Origin: an uncultured bacterium
GTDB lineage: Bacteria > Patescibacteriota > Minisyncoccia > Phycocordibacterales > GWA1-40-21
Length of the DNA stretch: 51,136 nucleotides
Direction: 5' to 3'
Assembly: GCA_903831595.1 (NCBI GenBank)
Contig: CAIKXY010000010.1
Location: 1-51,136, forward strand
Of the stretch, positions 43,924 through 51,136 are shown one piece after another. Both the position numbers and the translations under genes were made by a program. Position 1 is the first letter of the stretch. Each line of letters opens with the position of its first letter. The notes under the pieces are model-generated. The model made no database searches and was not told the DNA's origin. It saw only the letters and a list, made by a program, of their open reading frames with translations.

Positions 43924-45744
43924 ATGGCAAAAGAAAACATAGACAATCAAAAAAAACTATCAATGAAAGAGTTTTTCAATACTATGAAATGGTTGTTTCT
44001 TTTTAATTTTAAATTATCGCCAGGATTTGCTTTATCACAAATTATTATACGTATGATATTAAATATAAGCCCACTATTTAATGCATATATTTTTGCTAGA
44101 CTTTTAGATAAAATAATAAAAATTTTAGGTAATTCAAGCGCCAGCTTAAATGACATAATACCCCTACTTTTATTACTACTTTGTTTCAATTTAATAATTT
44201 CTGCTTTTAATTCTGCGTATTCATCTATTATGGCTTCAATGGGCAATCTTTCTTCATACATGGTACCAATAATTTTATCTAAACAAATAAGCTCTTTGGG
44301 TATTCAGACTCTTGAAAATCCAGAGGTCGTTAACAAAATTCAAAGGGCAAGAGAAACAATGAATTCAACTAACAATGATTTTGAAAGATTAGTAATATCT
44401 TGTTCACAAGTTATTGTATTTATTGTCACATCAATAGTTGTGATAAAAATAATGCCACTAATTGCACTTATTATTGTTATAGCCACCATACCAGAAGTCG
44501 TATCAAATAAAATTTATATGAGAAGAAATTGGTTATATTGGCGCACCGAAACTGAAAATATTCGTAGATCTAATGGCTGTAATTCTACTCTGAATGAGAC
44601 ATCAAATTTACAAGAAATTACCATTACTTCGTCCTTTAATTTTATTAGTGACATTAGTAGGAAATTCACCGACCGATTTATGGCCCTACAAATTAAAAAT
44701 TTTAAGGAATGGTATTTATCCGGTTTTCTTTTTGGTTCCATTGGAGATATAGCGGGTATTTTTGGATATTTTTCAATATTTAAGAATTTATTTTACAAGT
44801 TTATATCGATAGGAGACGTAACATTCCAGATGAGAGCTTTAGATATGTTTTCCAGCAATTTATCAATTATGATCAATAGTTTCAACGGTCTATTAGAAAG
44901 AGCAAATAGAGTAAATGAAGTAAAAATCGTTTTTGATATGAAACCTATTGTTGATGATGGCAACATAAAACTTGGAAAAATTGATTTTGCTCCAAATATT
45001 AAATTTAATAATGTAAACTTCAAATATCCTGGTGCCGATAGATATATTATTAATAATTTGAGTTTGAATATTAAGCCGGGAGAAAAAATTGCAATAGTTG
45101 GAGAAAATGGAGCAGGGAAGACAACACTAGTTAAACTTTTGAGTAGATTTTATAAAATTGATAGTGGCTCAATTTTACTAAATGATATAAATATAAATAA
45201 TATTGAAATAAAAGATTGGTACAAAAATCTTGGCGTATTATTTCAAGATTTTAATACTTACCCATATTTGAGTCTCAAGGATAATATTTTTTTAGGTAAG
45301 TCTGATGAAAACTTGGATATGGATAAAATTAAAATTGCTGCCACTCAGGCAAATATTGATTCGTTTATTGGAAAATATAAAGATGGATTTGATCAAATAC
45401 TAAGCGAGAAATTTAAAGGTGGTACTCGCCCAAGCACGGGGCAGTGGCAGAAAATTGCAATTGCCAGATTTTTCTATCGAAATTCGCCAGTCGTTGTTTT
45501 TGATGAGCCAACAGCTTCTATTGATGCTGTGTCAGAGGCAGAAATTTTTGGAAAAATTTATGATTTTTTTAAAGGCAAAACCGTGATTATTATTTCGCAT
45601 AGATTTTCTACAGTTAGAAATGCGGACAAAATTTATGTACTGGACAATGGAAAAATTATTGAAAGTGGAAAGCACACTGAGCTTATGAAATTAAAGGGAA
45701 GATATTATAACGCGTTTAATATTCAAGCAAAAGGCTACAAATAA
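43924..45744 (+). CDS. ABC exporter, fused permease/ATP-binding protein
   Basis: N-terminal 6-TM domain. Walker A GENGAGKTTL, signature-like STGQWQKIAIAR and Walker B VVVFDEPTASID. Confidence 0.85.
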   Translation: MAKENIDNQKKLSMKEFFNTMKWLFLFNFKLSPGFALSQIIIRMILNISPLFNAYIFARLLDKIIKILGNSSASLNDIIPLLLLLLCFNLIISAFNSAYSSIMASMGNLSSYMVPIILSKQISSLGIQTLENPEVVNKIQRARETMNSTNNDFERLVISCSQVIVFIVTSIVVIKIMPLIALIIVIATIPEVVSNKIYMRRNWLYWRTETENIRRSNGCNSTLNETSNLQEITITSSFNFISDISRKFTDRFMALQIKNFKEWYLSGFLFGSIGDIAGIFGYFSIFKNLFYKFISIGDVTFQMRALDMFSSNLSIMINSFNGLLERANRVNEVKIVFDMKPIVDDGNIKLGKIDFAPNIKFNNVNFKYPGADRYIINNLSLNIKPGEKIAIVGENGAGKTTLVKLLSRFYKIDSGSILLNDININNIEIKDWYKNLGVLFQDFNTYPYLSLKDNIFLGKSDENLDMDKIKIAATQANIDSFIGKYKDGFDQILSEKFKGGTRPSTGQWQKIAIARFFYRNSPVVVFDEPTASIDAVSEAEIFGKIYDFFKGKTVIIISHRFSTVRNADKIYVLDNGKIIESGKHTELMKLKGRYYNAFNIQAKGYK

Positions 45745-45772
45745 TTCGCTTTTTGTTGGATTTTGCTCTATT

Positions 45773-47095
45773 ATGTCGTCAATGATTAAAAAAGTAGTAA
45801 AACCAAATATTTGGGATGTTGTTGTAATTGGTGGAGGGCCCGCTGGGCTTATGTCTGCTTCTATTGCTGCAAAATATGGTGCTAAAGTGCTACTTTTGGA
45901 GAAGAATGATGTTATGGGCAAGAAGCTACTTCTTACAGGCGGAGGTAGATGTAACCTTACAAATGCGGACCCAGATGTTAGAAATTTTGTTTCAAAATTT
46001 GGGAAAAAAGGGGATTTTCTTTTCTCACCACTTTCAATTTTTGGCACTGATGATACTATAAGATTTTTTGAAAAGCTTGGAATTAAAACAAAAGTGGAGC
46101 CCGGTTTTAGAGTATTTCCAGAGTCTGATAATGCGCTCGATGTTTTAGGTGTTCTTACAAAACTTGCTAAAGAAAATGGAGTTGAATTCAAGCTCGGTGC
46201 ATTAGTCGCCCATATTAAAAAATCTTCTCCCCGAGGTGGAGCCTCGGGGAAGATTTCCTCTGTTATTCTTGAGAACGGCGAAGAAATAAAAGCGAAAAAT
46301 TTTATACTAGCGACTGGTGGAAAATCTCATCCAGAAACTGGTTCAACAGGTGATGGTTTCAAATGGCTAAAAGAAATCGGGCATAAAGTTGTAGACTCAA
46401 ATCCGTCACTTGTTCCAATAAAATTAAGAGAAGCATGGATAGCTGAGCTTGCTGGTATTACACTTGAAAATGTCGGCGTATCTATATGGGTTTTGAAAAA
46501 AGAAACAGATAAGTCTGAATGGAAAAAAGTTTTGGGTAAAAAAGGAAGAATACTTTTCACACATGTGGGTCTTTCAGGGCCAACTATATTAAATATGAGT
46601 AAAACGGTCGGTGATTTGCTTAAAGAAAAGAAAGAGGTAAAAATTGCTATCGATTTTTTCCCAGGCGTTGGTCTTGATATTATGCATGAGAGAATGATAA
46701 AACTATATGAACAGAATCCAAAAAAGAAAATTAAAAATCTTATACCAGTCGAAGTTCCTGAAAAAATTTATTTAAAAATTTTAGAAATTATGGGTATGGA
46801 TGGGGAATGGTTTGCAAATGAAATAAAAAGAGCGGAAAGAATTGCAATTGTGGAAATGTTAAAAATGTTTAAGCTCACTGCCGACAGCTTGCTCGGATAT
46901 GACAAGGCGATTGTTTCTTCTGGCGGAGTTGATTTAAATGAAGTTGATTTTAAAGAATTTAAATCAAAATTATATGACAATTTGTTTTTGGTAGGAGATA
47001 TTTTAGATTTTGATAGGTCTTCTGGTGGGTATTCATTACAACTTTGCTGGACAAGCGGGTATATAGCGGGGAAAAGTTCAGCAAAAAATTGTTAA
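45773..47095 (+). CDS. NAD(P)/FAD-dependent oxidoreductase, HI0933/YhiN/BaiN family
   Basis: VVVIGGGPAGLMSA dinucleotide fold and TGGGRCNLTN family motif. Confidence 0.85.
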   Translation: MSSMIKKVVKPNIWDVVVIGGGPAGLMSASIAAKYGAKVLLLEKNDVMGKKLLLTGGGRCNLTNADPDVRNFVSKFGKKGDFLFSPLSIFGTDDTIRFFEKLGIKTKVEPGFRVFPESDNALDVLGVLTKLAKENGVEFKLGALVAHIKKSSPRGGASGKISSVILENGEEIKAKNFILATGGKSHPETGSTGDGFKWLKEIGHKVVDSNPSLVPIKLREAWIAELAGITLENVGVSIWVLKKETDKSEWKKVLGKKGRILFTHVGLSGPTILNMSKTVGDLLKEKKEVKIAIDFFPGVGLDIMHERMIKLYEQNPKKKIKNLIPVEVPEKIYLKILEIMGMDGEWFANEIKRAERIAIVEMLKMFKLTADSLLGYDKAIVSSGGVDLNEVDFKEFKSKLYDNLFLVGDILDFDRSSGGYSLQLCWTSGYIAGKSSAKNC

Positions 47096-47151
47096 ATAAT
47101 ATAATAAATATTTAGTTTTACTAATTCAAAAATTTATAGTAATCTAATCAT

Positions 47152-48975
47152 ATGGAAAACCTCGACTTCCTCAAAAATAAATACAATCTACACAATACAG
47201 AAGAAGTAGAAAAAGCAGCAAAACGCACAGAAAAGCGCACTGGAGAAAAAGTGCCACAAAATCCAAAAGATCAGATACAAAACTACCTAGACAGATTCAC
47301 CGAAATTATTGAAAGAAAGGAACCAGGGAAAAGAGAAAGGGGAATAGAAGCTATAAAAAGTGTTATAGATGACAAGTACATTATTAAACCTGAAGAAATT
47401 CCAGAAAGCTATTATGAAAACCAAAGGCGAATCGCTCGTGAACAAGGCCATGGAGATGTTGAAATAACCGATGAGGCAAGAAATCAACTCAAAGAAGTCA
47501 TAATAAAAGATCAAAAAGATTCTCTAGACAACTGGATTGACTACCTATCATCAAAAGATGCCACATATCCAGACTGGCTCAAGTATTTTGCTATTAGAAA
47601 TCTTCTCGGAATGGGAGAATATGATAAAGAAAAGAAACAATTCACTAAAAGATCAAAAGGCACAGTAAAGCCATTCCCAGACATAAACAGAGAAGCATTA
47701 GCATATGTACTAGATGCAATAGAGAAGAAACATAAAGGAATACCAAACGATAAAGACCCAGAATTCCAGGCTCTTCTACGAGGAGAAAATTTTGCTAAAC
47801 TCTATGCATGGGCTATAGACAAAGCTACACCAGAATCGGAGAAAGGACTTACAAACATAAAGGGTGAATGGGTAAAGTATAGACAAGGCAAAGACCACAT
47901 GCCACTCGTAGAATCTTTGCAAGGTCATGGAACAGGATGGTGCACAGCAGGAGAGTCAACAGCAAAAGCTCAACTGGAAGGCGGTGACTTCTATGTATAT
48001 TATTCAGAAGATAAAAATGGAAAATCAAATGTTCCAAGAGCTGCTATTCGTATGCAAGGAAATGAAATAGGTGAAGTCAGAGGTATAGGAGCAGACCAAA
48101 ACCTAGACCCATACATTGGTGATGTAGTAAAAAAGAAACTTACAGAATTTCCAGATGGAGACAAATACAAAAAGAAAGAAGCTAATATGAAACTTCTTAC
48201 TCAAATAGATAACAAAACAAAACTAAAACAACCTCTTATAAAAGATGAACTCATTTTTCTATATGAAGTAAACACTGAAATCGAAGGCTTTGGATATCAA
48301 AGAGATCCTCGCATAAAAGAAATAATCGACCAAAGAAATCCAAAAGAAGATGCACCTATAGTTTTTGATTGTCAGCCAAATCAAATCGCATATTCTGAGA
48401 AAAAAATAAATAAAGATACAAAAGCTTATGTTGGACCTCTATTCAAGGGAATATTCCAAACAAACATTGACCATATAGGAACTTCTTTCCCAGAGGGAAT
48501 GTTGAAAAAGATGGAAGCTGAAATTGGTGGAAAAAATAAAAAAGAACTCGAGAAAGAACTAAAGGAAAATAAAGTTTGGATTTCGGATTATGCTAAAAGC
48601 ATGATGAACAATTCTGATTTCACTACATCAAAAAAATTAGAACAATTAAATCTCGCTCGTATCACTGTAAAATCTCTCGGTTTTCCAAATGGCGCCACAA
48701 CTGATGAAATATACAAAAAAGCGGAAGAACTTGGTTTAGAATTATGTCCAGCAGAAGTCGGTCCCCAGCTTCGTTTGCAGTATTTGGACCAGCCAAATGG
48801 AGAATATATTTTTATAGGAATGAAACAAATTTCTGACTCCGTTGGCTACCCGAGCGTGTTCAATGTGCTCCGCTACGACGATGGCAGGCTGGAGCTCGAC
48901 GGCCGCAGCGCTAAGCCTGACGATAGGTGGGGTGGCGGCCGCGGGTTTGTGTTCCGCATGCCTCGCAAGTCTTAG
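47152..48975 (+). CDS. DGR-2 variable (target) protein
   Basis: 607 aa with no signal peptide. The C-terminal approximately 47 codons are VR2. The last ~100 aa resemble the C-terminus of the DGR-1 target. Confidence 0.85.
   Translation: [607 protein letters not shown]
48829..48968 (+). repeat. DGR-2 variable repeat (VR2)
   Basis: Ungapped alignment to TR2 (offset 446). There are 22 mismatches, all at TR adenines. The invariant 3' block is gtttgtgttccgcatgcctcgcaa. Confidence 0.9.
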
Positions 48976-49185
48976 AACTTATCTCTTTTATAACTTAGCT
49001 CTAGCACTTAGATACTTAGAACTTTGTTCTTGAAAATTTTTTGATATAATAATTTTGGTAGTAGGTGAATATGCGAGAGATTACGATTTCTCGCTACCGA
49101 ATCCAGTATCCATAAGTTGAGAATGTTTGTGATTATGATTTCAAACAGAGGGCTTATGTAGACGCTTCAATAAAAATGAAGATAC

Positions 49186-49213
49186 TTGGTGCAAAATATT
49201 ATGGCATTATTAT
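49186..49213 (+). promoter_or_regulatory. candidate promoter of the TR2 RNA
   Basis: TTGGTG (49186-49191), a 16-nt spacer, then TATTAT (49208-49213). The -10 element ends 62 nt before TR2. Confidence 0.4.
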
Positions 49214-49274
49214 GCCAAATTAGATTCAATCCCGAGAGCATTCAAGGGGTGGTGGTAAAGAAGATATTTTGCAC

Positions 49275-49414
49275 ATTTCTGACTCCGATGGCAACCCGAA
49301 CGTGTTCAATGTGAACCGCAACGACGATGGCAAGCTGAAGCTCAACGACAACAACGCTAAGCCTGACAATAGGTGGAATGACAACAACGAGTTTGTGTTC
49401 CGCATGCCTCGCAA
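49275..49414 (+). repeat. DGR-2 template repeat (TR2)
   Basis: AAC/AAT-rich copy of VR2, seen in the track as the spurious ORF ...SDSDGNPNVFNVNRNDDGKLKLNDNNAKPDNRWNDNNEFVFRMPR. Confidence 0.9.
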
Positions 49415-49426
49415 CTCTTTTCATTT

Positions 49427-49457
49427 CTCTCCCATTTATTTGGGAGAGTTTTGTTTT
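49427..49457 (+). terminator. hairpin plus U-run immediately 3' of TR2
   Basis: ctctccca-tttatt-tgggagag followed by ttttgtttt. It is homologous in position and shape to 36954-36980. Confidence 0.55.
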
Positions 49458-49775
49458 CCCCCACACCTTTCATTTTATCCTCTCAAATCATATAATGATG
49501 GTTATGTTTTATCTCTATATATTGAAAAGCACTAAGGATGATAATTTGTATATAGGCTCTACAAATGATTTGAGACGAAGACTTTCTGAACATAGTAATG
49601 GAAAAGTACGTTCAACAAAATCTCGTGTCCCATTTGAACTTAGATATTACGAATCATTTTTCAAAGAGATAGACGCAAGGAAAAGAGAGTTTTCGCTTAA
49701 AAAAGATGGTAAAGCACTCGGACAATTGAAAAGAAGAATTTCAGAAAGTCTTAAATAAAATGAAAGGTGTGGGGG
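49458..49775 (+). mobile_element. 318-bp TIR-bounded element encoding a small GIY-YIG protein, inserted in DGR-2
   Basis: 21-bp perfect terminal inverted repeats (49458-49478 cccccacacctttcattttat / 49755-49775). They are flanked by 9-bp direct repeats, ttttgtttt (49449-49457) and ttttgtctt (49776-49784). The element is absent at the homologous DGR-1 site. Confidence 0.75.
49495..49758 (+). CDS. GIY-YIG nuclease family protein (small UPF0213/YhbQ-like)
   Basis: MMVMFYLYILKS...NLYIGSTNDLRRRLSEH...YYESF...KREFSLKK shows GIY-YIG motif spacing. It is about 87 aa, and the stop codon lies within the right TIR. Confidence 0.8.
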   Translation: MMVMFYLYILKSTKDDNLYIGSTNDLRRRLSEHSNGKVRSTKSRVPFELRYYESFFKEIDARKREFSLKKDGKALGQLKRRISESLK

Positions 49776-50110
49776 TTTTGTCTTAATATCTGCCCATTCC
49801 AACCACCTAGCATTTTTCCAATTTCATCTAAATGGAGAGATAAAGCGATATACTTTTTATTATCCAAAGATTTTGTTTCCCACAAAACCATAAGCAAGAT
49901 TTTCAATGTGTCTAATTTTCTGATGGCAACAGATATATAAGTTCTTTTTTCTTCTTTTGGCAGGAAACTTGCTACAGAAATTGCTTCTATGATTTCTATA
50001 AATAATGTGTCAATTCTATTTCCTAGAGAATATCTATGTGGTTTGGGCAGAATTTGATAATATTCATACCAAAGAATATAAGCAGTTTTTACTTTCTGTA
50101 AAAGTGGCAA
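49751..50110 (-). CDS. avd: DGR accessory variability determinant (Avd-like), 5' end ambiguous
   Basis: Paralog of 36961..37260 (…RKLDTLKILL…EIGKMLGGW…). It has a TTG start in the track. The frame continues through the G9 tract, and upstream ATGs (50136, 50139, 50145) are out of frame by one base. Confidence 0.8.
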   Translation of the reverse strand: MPLLQKVKTAYILWYEYYQILPKPHRYSLGNRIDTLFIEIIEAISVASFLPKEEKRTYISVAIRKLDTLKILLMVLWETKSLDNKKYIALSLHLDEIGKMLGGWNGQILRQNPHTFHFI

Positions 50111-50123
50111 AAGTTTCTGTAGA

Positions 50124-50132
50124 GGGGGGGGG
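50124..50132. repeat. G9 homopolymer at the avd 5' end / RT upstream region (DGR-2)
   Basis: Direct reading: ttctgtaga + G9 + tcat. Confidence 0.95.
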
Positions 50133-50168
50133 TCATCATAGTCATGTTTTTTGTGTTGTAATTATATT

Positions 50169-51136
50169 ATGTTTAAAATTCAATTCATTAATAAATATAA
50201 AGATATCATTGAAATGGAAAATCTCCTAGAAGCGTGGAGAGAATTTGTTGTAGGTAAAAAATTAAGAAAGGATGTGGAAGATTTTCAAAGACATTTAATG
50301 AATAATATTATTTCACTTCATAAAGATTTAGAGACAAAAACATATAAACATTCTTCCTATGAGGCATTTAATATTTCCGACCCAAAACCAAGAAATATAC
50401 ATAAAGCAAAAGTGAGAGATAGACTGCTACATCATGCTTTATACAGGAAACTTTATCCGTTTTTTGATAAAACATTCATAGCTGATTCGTATTCTTGCAG
50501 GGTCGGAAAGGGAACTCATAAAGCGTTGGAGAGATTTAAGTCTTTTTCAAATAAAGTATCAAAAAATAATACAAAAACGGTTTGGATTTTGAAATGTGAT
50601 ATCAGAAAGTTTTTTGCTTCAATAGACCAAGAAGTTTTGTTGAGAATATTGAATAGTTATATACCAGATAAAGATATTATATCTATTTTATCTGAAATTA
50701 TTGGTAGTTTTTATTCCACTGAAAAAGGTAAAGGTTTGCCTCTTGGAAATCTAACGTCACAACTTTTGGTAAATATTTATATGAACGAATTTGACCAATT
50801 TGTAAAACACAAACTAAAAGCAAAATATTATATACGATATGCAGATGATTTTGTGATTTTTTCTGAGAATAAAAATAAATTAGAAGACTTACTCTTATGT
50901 ATAAGAGTGTTTCTTTGTGAAAAATTAAAATTAGAATTGCATCCAAATAAAGTTTTTATAAAAACTCTGGCCTCGGGCGTTGATTTTCTTGGTTGGGTGA
51001 ATTTTTCTGACCATAGAGTTTTGAGAACAACTACAAAAAGAAAAATGTTTAGAAATATAAAAATGAAAGAAGGAAAAATAGAGACGGTTCAATCATATCT
51101 TGGGTTGTTGAGCCATGGGAATGCTCAAAAATTGAG
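50169..51136 (+). CDS. DGR-type reverse transcriptase, 3' end outside window
   Basis: Open frame from ATG 50169 to the window edge. The translation MFKIQFINKYKDIIEMENLLEAWREF...LPLGNLTSQLLVNIYMNEFDQF...IRYADDFVIF is highly similar to RT 37356..38339. It is missing from the ORF track because no stop codon lies in the window. Confidence 0.9.
   Translation, partial: MFKIQFINKYKDIIEMENLLEAWREFVVGKKLRKDVEDFQRHLMNNIISLHKDLETKTYKHSSYEAFNISDPKPRNIHKAKVRDRLLHHALYRKLYPFFDKTFIADSYSCRVGKGTHKALERFKSFSNKVSKNNTKTVWILKCDIRKFFASIDQEVLLRILNSYIPDKDIISILSEIIGSFYSTEKGKGLPLGNLTSQLLVNIYMNEFDQFVKHKLKAKYYIRYADDFVIFSENKNKLEDLLLCIRVFLCEKLKLELHPNKVFIKTLASGVDFLGWVNFSDHRVLRTTTKRKMFRNIKMKEGKIETVQSYLGLLSHGNAQKL

Larger units (their letters stand above)
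47152..51136 (+). mobile_element. diversity-generating retroelement DGR-2 (target/VR, TR, inserted GIY-YIG element, avd, RT; runs off window)
   Basis: VR2/TR2 pair with adenine-only mismatches. The avd and RT genes are paralogous to DGR-1. Confidence 0.9.

Noticed and set aside
1-51136. tRNA, rRNA, tmRNA, RNase P or integrase/transposase genes
   Set aside because: No T-arm/acceptor patterns (e.g. GGTTCGAATCC-like), rRNA-like conserved blocks, or recombinase motifs were found on visual scanning of either strand. Absence is only as good as a manual scan.

Overview
This is a 51.1-kb, low-GC (AT-rich by eye) bacterial chromosomal segment. Its gene content and reduced protein architectures suggest a Patescibacteria/CPR-like organism; that is inference only, since the window holds no rRNA or tRNA.

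The backbone is housekeeping: PBP1A, tyrS, ruvC, a short YebC, ruvB, tsaE, a frameshifted polA, a trigger factor lacking its PPIase domain, nusA, metG, tatD, secE-nusG-rplK, a dCMP deaminase/kinase/tmk/dut cluster, an ABC exporter and a flavoprotein.

Accessory content:
- A type IV pilus-like locus. It has a second PilB-type ATPase, PilC and four prepilin-like genes, preceded by two large Cys-rich secreted proteins that share a C-terminal domain. Another PilB paralog lies 16 kb upstream.
- Two paralogous diversity-generating retroelements. DGR-1 spans about 35.7-38.3 kb and DGR-2 about 47.2 kb to the window end. Both have VR/TR pairs whose mismatches are all at TR adenines, and both have the layout target(VR) - TR - antisense avd - RT.

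Most notable observations:
- Both avd genes carry a conserved G9-10 homopolymer at the 5' end. It puts the upstream ATG out of frame, in opposite directions at the two loci.
- A 318-bp element with 21-bp terminal inverted repeats and a 9-bp duplication, encoding a small GIY-YIG protein, is inserted into DGR-2. DGR-1 preserves the empty site.
- An identical 20-nt GC-rich palindrome is inserted in frame (NLPAQAG) in two unrelated genes flanking DGR-1.
- The TR regions look like self-contained promoter-to-terminator RNA units.
- There are several candidate structured RNAs and repeated leader motifs.

No CRISPR array, rRNA or tRNA was seen. All coordinates and counts were worked out by hand from the sequence.
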